Virus record (IMG/VR): IMGVR_UViG_3300037422_000307
Location: 1-64,000 of that record
Source: an uncultured virus (IMG/VR IMGVR_UViG_3300037422_000307)
Taxonomy: Duplodnaviria > Heunggongvirae > Uroviricota > Caudoviricetes
Direction: 5' to 3' (one strand)
DNA length: 64,000 bases
The stretch's first letter is position 1. Each line of letters starts with the position of its first letter. Both the position numbers and the translations under genes were made by a program. Shown one piece after another: positions 28,190-37,908 of the stretch. The notes under the pieces are model-generated. The model worked only from the letters and a program-made list of their open reading frames with translations. It did no database searches and was not told the DNA's origin.

Positions 28190-29791
28190 ATGTCCGAGAA
28201 CGATTTCCAGGCCAATCAGTTCCGAACGTACCGGGCGGCCATCGATGGCATCAGCCTCGGGTTTATCGCGACAGGCACGGGGGGCTACTCTCCACGCAAA
28301 GGAGAGGTGCTCCAGTACGACGGCACGACTGTCGTGCTGAGCGATGGGCGTGAGTTCGCCGATGTGCCCCAGCTGCGAGGTGCCATCCGTGAGAGGTGGT
28401 TCGTGCTCGATGACGATGTAGCCCCCGTCCACCGTCCTCGAGCAGCCGGCATCAAGGTGCGAGGCACGGAGCACCGCGGCGGCGAGAGGCCCTCGCTCGT
28501 GGCTATGGAGACAGAACGCGCGGAGGAGGATGTCGTGGTCACGGTGGAGGCACGGCGGCGCCACCGAGAAAAAACGAACGCCGAGGCGACAAGACGAGTT
28601 CCGTTGGAGTCGGTCGAGGCGCGTCGAGCATTCGACGGCATCATGGACCCCGAGGTCCGGGCCATGATCGCGGAAATGGACGCCGAGTTCGCGTCGACGC
28701 GCACCGACTTTGTCAAGGCGACCCCGGTGTCGACAGACGCCAACGAAGCACAACGTGTGATCGAAGAGGACATCTTGGCACTGCTCTCGTCGATCACCGA
28801 TGTCCCTAGCAAGCCCGCGCGATCTCGGCGCGCCGAGAAACAGGTCCAGCCGGCGCCGAGGCAGTATCCCGTCGAACGGCAGGAAGACATGCACGTGACT
28901 CTCGGACAACAAACCGTCGACGATTTCGGACAGCCGGGTTCTGTGGTCGGCACGGTCGGCACCAAGCGCCAGATGACGGTCGAGCGGCAGCGGGACATCG
29001 ACATCGCTGGGGTCGCACCTGCGAAGCCTGCCTACGAGAGTCCGCGGCCCACACCCCGTCTTGGTGGCTCTGGGACGATCGTCGTCGACGAGGAGCGCGA
29101 TATGGGAGCGATCACTCTCTCGAACGAACAACCGGCCATCCGCATGGGCGAGGCTGCGACGGCGCGTACGAACCACGAGTCGATCAGGATGGGAGACGTT
29201 GAGGTGGGCCGGCGCGAGGCCCGAGCGGAAGCCTCGGAGAGCGGGCAGGAAGGCCGCCCGGTCGGACGCGTCCTATCTCCGACACACCGGACGTTCGTGG
29301 CCACCGACAGCAACACATCGAGAACGGCCATCGAGCGGACAGAACAGGGGACGACTCTCAGGGTCGAGAAATACGCTGTCCACGAAGAGGAGCGAGCGGC
29401 CGGGGTTGTTGGTCGGCGGACTTCGGTGGCTACGGGAGACGTACAGGAGGCGCTGGCAGGGGAGGACCTGCCGGACATCTTGCCGGACGCAGCCACGGGT
29501 CCGGCACCGAAGCACGAACTCCCGCCAGACGTCCAGGCCAAGTACGAGGCCGTGCGTGCCATGCTGCCGAACTTCGAGTGGAACCGGGATCGGCCGATGC
29601 GCGAGCGTGTGCAGGAAGCCCTCAAGCACATCAAGGACCCGATGTTCGTCAAGGGCATCCTCGCCGTCGAGACAGAGATGGCTCGCGAGGAGATCAAGAA
29701 GGCCCTCGCAGACGCCTTGGCCGAGGAGTCGAAAAAGAAGGGCGGCGCTTCGGGTGAGAAAAAGGCCGCGTCAGCAGCCGGAAGCGATTGA
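28190..29791 (+). CDS. Large hypothetical protein
   Basis: Long ORF with typical codon usage; no recognisable motif. Confidence 0.75.
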   Translation: MSENDFQANQFRTYRAAIDGISLGFIATGTGGYSPRKGEVLQYDGTTVVLSDGREFADVPQLRGAIRERWFVLDDDVAPVHRPRAAGIKVRGTEHRGGERPSLVAMETERAEEDVVVTVEARRRHREKTNAEATRRVPLESVEARRAFDGIMDPEVRAMIAEMDAEFASTRTDFVKATPVSTDANEAQRVIEEDILALLSSITDVPSKPARSRRAEKQVQPAPRQYPVERQEDMHVTLGQQTVDDFGQPGSVVGTVGTKRQMTVERQRDIDIAGVAPAKPAYESPRPTPRLGGSGTIVVDEERDMGAITLSNEQPAIRMGEAATARTNHESIRMGDVEVGRREARAEASESGQEGRPVGRVLSPTHRTFVATDSNTSRTAIERTEQGTTLRVEKYAVHEEERAAGVVGRRTSVATGDVQEALAGEDLPDILPDAATGPAPKHELPPDVQAKYEAVRAMLPNFEWNRDRPMRERVQEALKHIKDPMFVKGILAVETEMAREEIKKALADALAEESKKKGGASGEKKAASAAGSD

Positions 29792-29830
29792 TCTCGGTTT
29801 TCGCTTGATGGCCCCCGCACTGGTGAGGCC

Positions 29831-30241
29831 ATGCCACGTTTGCGAAGAGCTGGAAGCCAGGCAGGGTGGGCTCTGATCTCCGGCGGGGTGAATGCCGCCA
29901 GGGTCGACGTTCACCGCCTCCACCAGATCGTGGGGAAGGTTCTGCGTCTCGTCGAGCAGAGCAAGGATCGCGAGCACATCTATCAGGTCGCAGGTGACGT
30001 CATCCTGGGCATCCCCCAGATTCTCGATCGTCTGGAACAGCAGCTCGACGAGACCGGCTACGCCTTATCAATCATGGGGAAGGACCATCTCAAGGACCGC
30101 CTCCCTCTTTCTCGTCGCACGCGAGTGGACGAGACCGTCGAGGGAGCGCCAGCGTTCAGCGTGTCAATGTTGAAGGACTCGGCACGTCGAGTGGCGGAAC
30201 GACACATCGCGCGTCGAGTGGATCGACGCGGGAGGTCGTAG
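29831..30241 (+). CDS. Hypothetical protein, putative head-associated
   Basis: Follows promoter-like motif at 29798; ends with SARRVAERHI motif. Confidence 0.7.
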   Translation: MPRLRRAGSQAGWALISGGVNAARVDVHRLHQIVGKVLRLVEQSKDREHIYQVAGDVILGIPQILDRLEQQLDETGYALSIMGKDHLKDRLPLSRRTRVDETVEGAPAFSVSMLKDSARRVAERHIARRVDRRGRS

Positions 30242-31986
30242 TGCCCGACTTCGGGATCCGCAAGCGAGCAATGGCCCAGGACAGCACGGATCCTGTGCCC
30301 GAGGACGTCATCCGCGAGGAGATCCGCGCCGCGGCCGAGATTCTCAGGACGGCTTACCGATCCGGGTGGCAGGAATGGCCCGGGTGGAAGACCGTTGTCG
30401 ATGAGAAGAGCGAGAAGGGCATCTTCCCGCGCGACACTGAGGACAGCAGCACGGAACGGGGACAGAGCAGGCTCGATCATGCGTGGCCTGTCCAGCTTCC
30501 GCAGCCTCGGGAGAAGGAACGCGCGTTGCCACTTCCCTCCGACTTCGACAAGAAACGCGAGAAGCGAATTGGCCCGACTTACTACAACAAGAACCGAAAG
30601 GTCCCGTACCGCACACATCCAGAGAAGGGGGACGAGTACGGCCATCCCGTGAAACTGGATTACAACTATGACAGGCGACGCCAGGAGGTGACCGCCGGGG
30701 ATACGCGGGAGGAAGACGGATCTCCGGAGGAGCGAGAGGCCGCCGGGTTGTTTCCCGCCAAGCATCAGCAAAACCAGCGTGGCCAATCGCGTGTCTACTA
30801 CAAGCAGTGGTACCTGCGTAACCGCGAGCCCATCAAACGCAGGGAGAGAGTCAAGTACCAGACTAGGCTCAAGCACGATCCGCGCGACAAGCTCCGTCGG
30901 AAGTATCGGCGGCTGTACCCCCACAGATACAAGCGGCGAGGACTCGGGCCGTCGACGCCCGCCGAGCGATCTCGAGAGTGGCGCGAGGAGAAGGCAAAAG
31001 AGCGACAAGCCTCGGTGTATCACGCAGGGCTTAAGGCGCTGGCGAGCGCCATGGAGATCCTTGGGATCGACCGAGTTGCTGCGAACTGGCCCGTTGACTG
31101 GGGGACACACTACAAGAAGGTCGAGCCGCCCGAACAACTTGACCAGAACCATCCACCAGCACAGCCGCGCAGCACGACGCCGCGCAGCGATCCGTCCAAA
31201 CAGAAGGGGGAATCTCTCCGTGCACCCGATCTCGACCGCAAGCACCAAAAGGGCTTGAAGTGGCAGATCGAGCCCAGGGCTCCCGGGGGCGCCTACCCGA
31301 TCCGCGAGGTGAACAACCCGGGGAATGGCTCGGGCAAGGTCATCCCGATGTGGGGAGACTTCGTCAACAACACGCAACAGATGCCGGACGGGCGGCAGGA
31401 CCGGTATGTCCGAAACGATAACTTCGATGTGAAGACGGCCGCCACGCTCGGTGAAATCCTTGCCCGCGTCGACAGGAAAATCCGAGCGCGTGCCGTCGGC
31501 CTCGATCCCCAGCTTCAGCGGACCGACACGAAGAATTGGATCTGGACGTGGCGTGTTGGGAAGCACGCGGTCAAGGTTCAGGCGTTCAAGCGCGGCACCG
31601 CGTCGAACTTCGACAAGGTGAATCTCAGGGTCTCGTGTAGCTGCCCGTTCTGGCAGTGGTGGGGTCCCGAGCATTGGGGGAAACGGGACGACTACCTGCG
31701 CGGGGAACCCCGTGGCACGGCAACCCCCCCAATGATTCGCGATCCTTTCCACTGGCGGCCGGTGTGCAAGCACGCCTATGCCGTTCTCCGTCGTTCGCAG
31801 AAATTCTTCGTGAGGCCGGAGAAGTCGCCTCTACGCCATCTGGCTCGGTTTTCAGCCGATAGTCCCGAGTCGGTCGTGATCGAGTGTTTGCCCACGCCTT
31901 CGCCAGAGCAAGTAGCTCTTGCCGCGGTCACGCGCGAGATCGGTCAGAGGGTCGCCCGCAGGTATCTTGGCGAGGAGGGGGTCTGA
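30241..31986 (+). CDS. Hypothetical protein with C-terminal SWIM-like zinc finger
   Basis: GGGAGG RBS; VSCSCPFW...VCKHAYAV; basic central region. Confidence 0.72.
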   Translation: MPDFGIRKRAMAQDSTDPVPEDVIREEIRAAAEILRTAYRSGWQEWPGWKTVVDEKSEKGIFPRDTEDSSTERGQSRLDHAWPVQLPQPREKERALPLPSDFDKKREKRIGPTYYNKNRKVPYRTHPEKGDEYGHPVKLDYNYDRRRQEVTAGDTREEDGSPEEREAAGLFPAKHQQNQRGQSRVYYKQWYLRNREPIKRRERVKYQTRLKHDPRDKLRRKYRRLYPHRYKRRGLGPSTPAERSREWREEKAKERQASVYHAGLKALASAMEILGIDRVAANWPVDWGTHYKKVEPPEQLDQNHPPAQPRSTTPRSDPSKQKGESLRAPDLDRKHQKGLKWQIEPRAPGGAYPIREVNNPGNGSGKVIPMWGDFVNNTQQMPDGRQDRYVRNDNFDVKTAATLGEILARVDRKIRARAVGLDPQLQRTDTKNWIWTWRVGKHAVKVQAFKRGTASNFDKVNLRVSCSCPFWQWWGPEHWGKRDDYLRGEPRGTATPPMIRDPFHWRPVCKHAYAVLRRSQKFFVRPEKSPLRHLARFSADSPESVVIECLPTPSPEQVALAAVTREIGQRVARRYLGEEGV

Positions 31987-31987
31987 A

Positions 31988-32380
31988 ATGCCGCTCTACT
32001 GCTACAGGTGCCCAACTTGCGATCGAGATTTCGACGAGATGGCCCCGCTCGCTGACTATCAGAAACCACAACTGTGCCCCATCTGTGGAGGCAAGTCTCC
32101 GCGAATTCTAGGGACCAAGTTCCCTGGGTTCGTTCTCGTGGGCGACGGGTGGGCCAGCAAGAACCTGCGTGTGGCCAGTCAGATGCGCCGCAAGAACGAG
32201 CGCTTGGGCGCCCGTGAGCGGGAGATGAAAGGTGACGGTACCGTGCCTCAGCTCGTGCCGAACGTCGGAGGTGAGCGCACTGAATCGTGGTCTGACGCGG
32301 CCAAGCTCGCCAAGGATCGGGGTCACGACGCCTCGGGCTACGAACACAGAGCCCGCGAGGAGAAGGCGAAGTCCGCATGA
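31988..32380 (+). CDS. FmdB-like zinc-ribbon protein
   Basis: MPLYCYRCPTC...CPICGG...FVLVGDGW. Confidence 0.8.
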   Translation: MPLYCYRCPTCDRDFDEMAPLADYQKPQLCPICGGKSPRILGTKFPGFVLVGDGWASKNLRVASQMRRKNERLGAREREMKGDGTVPQLVPNVGGERTESWSDAAKLAKDRGHDASGYEHRAREEKAKSA

Positions 32381-33120
32381 CTTCCCAGTTCCCCATCCCG
32401 AACATCCTGGACAGGGCCGCTGGCTACCTGACGCTCCAATTTCGCAACGACTCCAACATCCTTGGATACCGGATTCGCGTCGCCAACTCGCTGGACAACG
32501 CGTACGGCCCCTTCAACGGGGTTGTTGGCACGGGGACGACGGCGCTGTTCGACGTCAACCGAGGCCAGACGTTTATCTCGCGGCCGATCAGGATTCGTCG
32601 CACGGCCATCATGGGGGACACGACTCGTGGTCAGACCCGGGCCACGTATGATCCGAACGAGTTTTTTGGCCTCTCTCCCGAAGTCCCGGCCGACTCCCAG
32701 ATCGCGTTCATGCGTGTCCAGGTGCGCACGGTCGCGTCGCCAACCTTCCCAGGCGCTGCCACGGCGGCGAACCAGAGTGACATCCTCGTCGTCCAGGACC
32801 CGGCCTTCTTCGATGTTCCTCGCCCGGCTATCACACTCGCCGGCACAGCTCCCGACTTGGCCACTGCTGTAGCCGGCCTCCCAGCCCCGCCCGAGGCGCT
32901 GGTCTTTCGCCTGCCAGCCTTCGGTGACGCGATGGTCTTCACGAACACAGGAGGCTCTCCGCTCTTGTTCGCCACGGGACTCGGCCAGCCGTTGATTTCT
33001 GTGCCTGCAGGCGAGGTTGTCCCTCACCAGGGCGGGTTGAAGGATGAACTGGTGATCTGTGCGTCGGGAGCCAACCCGACGTTCTCCGTCGTGATCGCCT
33101 GTGTGTCCGGCATGCGCTAA
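32377..33120 (+). CDS. Putative virion structural protein
   Basis: ATGA overlap; beta-rich A/G/T/V/P composition. Confidence 0.6.
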   Translation: MTSQFPIPNILDRAAGYLTLQFRNDSNILGYRIRVANSLDNAYGPFNGVVGTGTTALFDVNRGQTFISRPIRIRRTAIMGDTTRGQTRATYDPNEFFGLSPEVPADSQIAFMRVQVRTVASPTFPGAATAANQSDILVVQDPAFFDVPRPAITLAGTAPDLATAVAGLPAPPEALVFRLPAFGDAMVFTNTGGSPLLFATGLGQPLISVPAGEVVPHQGGLKDELVICASGANPTFSVVIACVSGMR

Positions 33121-33134
33121 AGACGCGCTATCGG

Positions 33135-33146
33135 TTTTCCCTTTAT
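33135..33146 (+). promoter_or_regulatory. Putative late-promoter motif (CGG)TTTT-CCCT-TTAT
   Basis: Intergenic; nearly identical to the copy at 2202. Confidence 0.5.
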
Positions 33147-33195
33147 AGGCGAGCCAGATTAGCGAGCGCCTGCTCCGGGACTCGGAGGAACACAC

Positions 33196-33864
33196 ATGCC
33201 GTACATCATCATGCGTCGCGCGGACATCCCGAACGGGGTCCTCCAGATCGACGACCTCTGGCCCAATGACAGCCAGCGCAACTACATCTACGATCCTCCA
33301 GGTCAGAGCGGGTACGTGCGCCAGGTCCCGGAGAACCAGACCGTGGCGACGACGGGCGCGGGCCCGATCTTGACGGTCCGCGACTACTGTGGTCTCGCGG
33401 CCTACCTGATCGACAACACCGAGGACCAGGCTGCGGGCCAGGCTTTGACGGCGGCAATCGTGAATACTGCCTCGGCCGAGATCATCGGACGGACTCGGGG
33501 CGGGCAGTCTGTGACGCTCGCTGATATCGGGGCCGCCCTTGTGACTGCTGGAGCAGGATTGGGTACGAATATCAACGTGGGCACCTCGACGGGCAGCCTC
33601 GCCGATGTCCTGGCCATCTTGGCCGGCGCCAAGTACATGCTGCCAGGGGGCTCCACGATCGAGAATGGAGCCAACGTGTTCGTGCCGGGTCCGCATGGGA
33701 GTTTCGAGACGCCACCCCACACGCGGCTTGTGCTTCAGACGGGAGCCTTCAACGTCTCCAACGGTGCGGGAGACCTCTTCAACTGCAAGCGTCCCGACTT
33801 CATCTGGAACACCGTGCTCGGACCCGCTGTGACCGTGCTCGCTGACGACGGAACCGTCCTGTAG
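33196..33864 (+). CDS. Putative virion protein, paralogue 1 of 3
   Basis: GGAGG RBS; MPYIIMRRADIPNGVLQ..L.PN.S.RNY shared with the next two genes. Confidence 0.75.
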   Translation: MPYIIMRRADIPNGVLQIDDLWPNDSQRNYIYDPPGQSGYVRQVPENQTVATTGAGPILTVRDYCGLAAYLIDNTEDQAAGQALTAAIVNTASAEIIGRTRGGQSVTLADIGAALVTAGAGLGTNINVGTSTGSLADVLAILAGAKYMLPGGSTIENGANVFVPGPHGSFETPPHTRLVLQTGAFNVSNGAGDLFNCKRPDFIWNTVLGPAVTVLADDGTVL

Positions 33865-33886
33865 GCGATCCCAAGGAGACCAAAAG

Positions 33887-34951
33887 ATGCCGTACATCAT
33901 CCTCAAGCGCGACGACATCCCGGCGGGGACGCTTCAGGTGCTCGATCTTGAGCCGAACACCTCCCTGCGCAACTACGTGGTCGATCCTCCGGGTCAGACG
34001 AAGTACGTTAACCCGGTCATCAACGAGCCGGTCGTCGTCTACACTCCGTCGGGCCCGGCGGGACCGTCGATTTTCCGAGCTGTCAGCGGCCTTGCCGCGT
34101 GGCTCATCACCAACGTCAGTGACGGGACGGGTGCCTTGGCGACGGCGGCATTCGTGTTTGGACCCGCGGCCGTGCTCGACGGAGAGACGATCACCGTTGG
34201 GACCGGGCCCGTGGGTGGCCCGACCGTGACGTTCACGTTCCGCGATACCCCGACGCTGCCGACGGAGGTCTTGATTGGGCCAACGAACTCGGCGACGGCA
34301 GGCAACTTCAACGTCATCCTGAACAACCCCGCTCTGGGGCTCACGCCGTACGTCACGAGCACCGTCGCAGCCGAGATCGTGACGATCACGGCGGTGGAGC
34401 CTGGTACGGCGTCCAACGCGATCACCCTCGCCGATACGTCGGCGAACATCACTCCCTCCGGCGCGACACTTGCCGGAGGCGCGGACGCCGCGGCTCTCAC
34501 GGCCGTGCAGGCGAACACGATCGCAGCCGACATCCTGAGCGACATCGTCCGTTTCGGAGATCTCGCGCTGCCGGCGCTCGCCGCGGACCTGGTTGCCATC
34601 AACGTCGTGATCTCGGGGGTCGTCGCCACTGCCTCCATCACCGCTGGCCAGCTCCCCGATCTCCTTGACGTGCTCGCCGGACGGATTTACCAAGTGCCGA
34701 AGGACGTGCAGGTCGAGACGGCTCTCGGCGTGTTCGACGTTGTTCCCAACGTCGGTGCACCCGATGGTCCCGGATTCGTGGACGGGACCCTTCGCGACAT
34801 CTTCCAGACCGGTGCCCTCAATCTCTCCGTGGCAGGAGGCGAACTCGCTGGGTTTCTTGACTCAAAATTCGTCTACGCGGGCGTCGCGGGGAGCCCCAAC
34901 GGCGAGGCCGTGGTCGTCTACAACGACGACGGAACCATCTTCACCCCGTAA
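33887..34951 (+). CDS. Putative virion protein, paralogue 2 of 3 (extra internal domain)
   Basis: MPYIILKRDDIPAGTLQ..LEPNTSLRNY; ends AVVVYNDDGT. Confidence 0.75.
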   Translation: MPYIILKRDDIPAGTLQVLDLEPNTSLRNYVVDPPGQTKYVNPVINEPVVVYTPSGPAGPSIFRAVSGLAAWLITNVSDGTGALATAAFVFGPAAVLDGETITVGTGPVGGPTVTFTFRDTPTLPTEVLIGPTNSATAGNFNVILNNPALGLTPYVTSTVAAEIVTITAVEPGTASNAITLADTSANITPSGATLAGGADAAALTAVQANTIAADILSDIVRFGDLALPALAADLVAINVVISGVVATASITAGQLPDLLDVLAGRIYQVPKDVQVETALGVFDVVPNVGAPDGPGFVDGTLRDIFQTGALNLSVAGGELAGFLDSKFVYAGVAGSPNGEAVVVYNDDGTIFTP

Positions 34952-34971
34952 CCCCGTAAGGAGACCGGACC

Positions 34972-35658
34972 ATGCAAGTCTTCCTCGTGATGCGCCGCAC
35001 CGACATCCCTGACGGGGTGCTCCAGCAAGTTGACCTCAAGCCGAACACGTCGAACCGCAACTACATCTACACACCGAGCACACAAGGAGGCCAGACGGGC
35101 TACATCCGCAACATCGCCCCGTCCCCGGCGATCACGCCTTTTGTCCTCCCTGGCCCACCGTTCGTTGCGACGGCTGCCCTCACCGGCCTCGCCGCCTACT
35201 ACATGGGCAATGTCGATCAGGGTCCAGCACCTGGTGGACCGGTGCTGATCCCGCCTATGGCTGATCTGGCTGCGGCGACGACGATCACTGCGGCGCAAGC
35301 TGGGACCATTCTGGATTCTCCCACCATTGCGGCCCTCTTGGTCGCTGCTGGGGCTATTCCCGGCACGACCATTGACGCAGGCGGATCCACCGGCTCTGTC
35401 GCCGAGGTGCTGAGCATTCTCTCCGGGCGTGTCTACGACATCGCGGCTGGCTCGCTCCTCTCTGATGGTGCGGGAGCATTCGCGGGCCGTGTGGGGACCT
35501 TCGATGATACGACGTATCGTCATCTTTACGATAACGACGGGTTCGTCGTGTCGAATACGTATGGGAACCTCTCGCTCATGAAGAGCGCGGACTTCACGTA
35601 CGACGGGACGACAGGCGCGGCCATCGTGGTGTACTCGGCGACGGGTACGGTGATGTAG
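34972..35658 (+). CDS. Putative virion protein, paralogue 3 of 3
   Basis: MRRTDIPDGVLQ..LKPNTSNRNY; ends AIVVYSATGT. Confidence 0.75.
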   Translation: MQVFLVMRRTDIPDGVLQQVDLKPNTSNRNYIYTPSTQGGQTGYIRNIAPSPAITPFVLPGPPFVATAALTGLAAYYMGNVDQGPAPGGPVLIPPMADLAAATTITAAQAGTILDSPTIAALLVAAGAIPGTTIDAGGSTGSVAEVLSILSGRVYDIAAGSLLSDGAGAFAGRVGTFDDTTYRHLYDNDGFVVSNTYGNLSLMKSADFTYDGTTGAAIVVYSATGTVM

Positions 35659-35723
35659 CATCGCGATTGCCCGCTTCCTCCCCCCTGGGGACGGTCAGAA
35701 TCCACAGACAAAGGAGACGTGAC

Positions 35724-35981
35724 GTGTCAGACAACAATCTGAGCGGGTACCGAACATCCGACATGTACTACGCCGCATACCTGAAGGTCGCCGGGATGAA
35801 GCTGCTCGGGACTCAGCGAGAGGGCGGCAGGGTGTTTTTCGTCTTCGAGGAGAACGAGGGAAACGGGATCCGCGATCTTCGAGATCAGTACTACAACCGC
35901 TCAAGCAAGGTTCCCGCGCTCACGTACGCCGACGAGATCAAGGTCATGAAGGCTCTCACGCACGAGGGACGAGGGGACTGA
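35724..35981 (+). CDS. Small DUF5659-like protein
   Basis: AAGGAG RBS, GTG start; YRTSDMYYAAYL...RVFFVFE. Confidence 0.65.
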   Translation: MSDNNLSGYRTSDMYYAAYLKVAGMKLLGTQREGGRVFFVFEENEGNGIRDLRDQYYNRSSKVPALTYADEIKVMKALTHEGRGD

Positions 35982-35986
35982 AGACG

Positions 35987-36568
35987 TTGCGCCTGGACGA
36001 GATTATAGCGGGGAACGACGTCGTTCAGCGCCATCTCGCCCAGGAGAGGCAGGCGTTGCTCGCCATCTCACCCATGGCTCGCTCCGCCATCGAACGCGAG
36101 ATTCTGCCCCAGATCGAGAGCGGCGTCACGGGACCCGCGGCGGTGGACAGTCTGCGCGACTCGACGAAGGCCGAGATCGAGCGTGCTTTCCGGGCCAAGG
36201 ACCCGGTCTACACGCGTCTGATCAGCTACAAGTCGATCGATCAGAGCGACACGCAGTATCTCAGCGATCTCCTCACGGTGATGGACGAGTGGGCGACCAA
36301 GACACGGGACACGCTTGGTGACGACGACGCGGTGAAGCTCAAGATCGAGGTCGAGAGCGAGGTCGAGAGCGAGGTCAAGGTCAAGAGCGATGGCGGAGTC
36401 GACGTGGAGGTGAAAGAGATCCAGCGCGAGGTATCGCCGCCCCCTCTCGACAGCGTCTCCTTCGAGCCTCCTCTCAATGGTCTTCGCAATCTTGGGGCCC
36501 CGTCCGGCGAGGAGGAAATCCCTCTCGCTGACGAGGACGACTTCGACTTCGGGGACGTGAGGCTGTGA
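35987..36568 (+). CDS. Hypothetical acidic protein
   Basis: GAGGGG RBS, TTG start; tiles with neighbours. Confidence 0.65.
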   Translation: MRLDEIIAGNDVVQRHLAQERQALLAISPMARSAIEREILPQIESGVTGPAAVDSLRDSTKAEIERAFRAKDPVYTRLISYKSIDQSDTQYLSDLLTVMDEWATKTRDTLGDDDAVKLKIEVESEVESEVKVKSDGGVDVEVKEIQREVSPPPLDSVSFEPPLNGLRNLGAPSGEEEIPLADEDDFDFGDVRL

Positions 36569-36572
36569 AACC

Positions 36573-37079
36573 ATGGCCGTCTGCTTTCCGGTCGGAACCG
36601 AACTCGGTCGCAACGACCTGAAGATCTTTCTGGTCGACGAACTCGGTGTTCCCCTGAACGCCGCGGAGATCTACTACACGATCTTCTTCGTGGACCAGAG
36701 CATGGGCCCTCCGGGGGTTGAGGTGCAGATCGGGCCCACCGACCGTATCCCGGTCAATCCCTCCGTGGGGGAGTACTACGCTTCACTGCTCGTTCCTCCA
36801 GGGGCGTCTCCAGGACAGTATCGGATCCGCTGGAGGTTCCGACGGACGCTCGCCGACGAGTTCCAGGAGGTCGTGCAAGAGTTCGGCGTCGACGATCCCG
36901 GGTCATGCGTCGACGGTCAGCCATTGATGTCGACATGCGAGGCCGGTCTCGTCGACAAGCTCCGCGTGCTGCTCCGGGACAACTGTGTGGGCGCCGAGGA
37001 GACCGTCGAGTTGGACGTGGACGGTAAACGGATGGTGGTGCGCATGGACGATCTGTGGGAGGCTCTGAAGGATGCGTGA
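36573..37079 (+). CDS. Fractured gene, part 1: N-extein (137 aa, putative neck/adaptor-type virion protein) plus 31-aa N-intein
   Basis: Ig-like N-terminal part ending LRVLLRDN, then CVGAEETVEL (intein block A-like) at 36984 and a stop 31 codons later. Confidence 0.8.
   Translation: MAVCFPVGTELGRNDLKIFLVDELGVPLNAAEIYYTIFFVDQSMGPPGVEVQIGPTDRIPVNPSVGEYYASLLVPPGASPGQYRIRWRFRRTLADEFQEVVQEFGVDDPGSCVDGQPLMSTCEAGLVDKLRVLLRDNCVGAEETVELDVDGKRMVVRMDDLWEALKDA
36984..37076 (+). mobile_element. Split intein N-fragment (IntN, 31 aa)
   Basis: CVGAEETVELDVDGKRMVVRMDDLWEALKDA: Cys1, T at position 7, and the typical downstream I/M-x-D-L helix. Confidence 0.78.
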
Positions 37080-37908
37080 CTTCGACCCTGTAAAGGCCAC
37101 ACTCGGGACGTTGTGTCGTAATGGGCATGACTACGACGGTACTGGTCAGAGCTTGCGTCGACTGAAGGAAAGGCGTGGGGTTGTTGTTCCTGCGGATTGT
37201 CTGCAATGTCAGCGCGAAGACAGAAAGAGACGATACGCCAGTGATCCCGAGCAGGCAAAGGCGTCTGCCAAACAGTGGTATGCCCAGAATCGGGAGCGAG
37301 TAGCAGATACCTTTCGCTCCTACTACCGGGAACACCGGCAAAAGCTACTCGAGTATCAGACCAGATACCGAGAAGAGAACGCGGACCTCGTAAAGACCAG
37401 GAGATCTGTTTACTATCTTCGCGAGCGCGAGCAGATCAGGGCCAAGAGTCGTGCGTGGTATGTACTGAACAAACTGCGGGCGAAGGAATCCAGAGCAGCG
37501 TGGCGGCTCAGAAATCTCGTCAAAGTACGGGCATGGAACAGGTGGTATTCCGCTACCTCTCGGGGCCAAGAGCGTGCTCGAAGAGCCGCCACAAAGTACA
37601 GGATGCACAAGGTGACCCAACACGGCTCCGTGACCGTCGCATACAAGGAGGCGATGCTCGCAGCTCTAGGAGGTCGATGTCCTCATTGTGGCGTCGTCTT
37701 GACGGTGTCTGGCCGACTGTCTCCGTCCTCCCTTACGTGGGATCATGTAGTGCCCCTCTCACACAACGGGCGCGACGACAACGGCAATCTCCTTCCTCTC
37801 TGTCATTCCTGCAACGCGAGTAAGGGGGATAGAACTCCCGAGCAATGGCTAGGACGTCCTGTCACTTGCGTTGCCGATTTGTTCGAGGATCTGAAGCATG
37901 CTCAATGA
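37072..37908 (+). CDS. Free-standing HNH homing endonuclease between the split-intein halves
   Basis: CPHCG...TWDHVVPLSHNGRDDNGNLLPLCHSCNASKG; N-terminal LCRNGH..CLQC; basic helical linker; overlaps both neighbours. Confidence 0.9.
   Translation: MRDFDPVKATLGTLCRNGHDYDGTGQSLRRLKERRGVVVPADCLQCQREDRKRRYASDPEQAKASAKQWYAQNRERVADTFRSYYREHRQKLLEYQTRYREENADLVKTRRSVYYLREREQIRAKSRAWYVLNKLRAKESRAAWRLRNLVKVRAWNRWYSATSRGQERARRAATKYRMHKVTQHGSVTVAYKEAMLAALGGRCPHCGVVLTVSGRLSPSSLTWDHVVPLSHNGRDDNGNLLPLCHSCNASKGDRTPEQWLGRPVTCVADLFEDLKHAQ

Noticed and set aside
37072..37908. HNH gene as part of a self-splicing group I intron that would restore a contiguous intein
   Set aside because: The HNH ORF overlaps both flanking ORFs, leaving no non-coding room for a ribozyme core, and IntC has its own RBS and ATG; a split intein is the simpler reading
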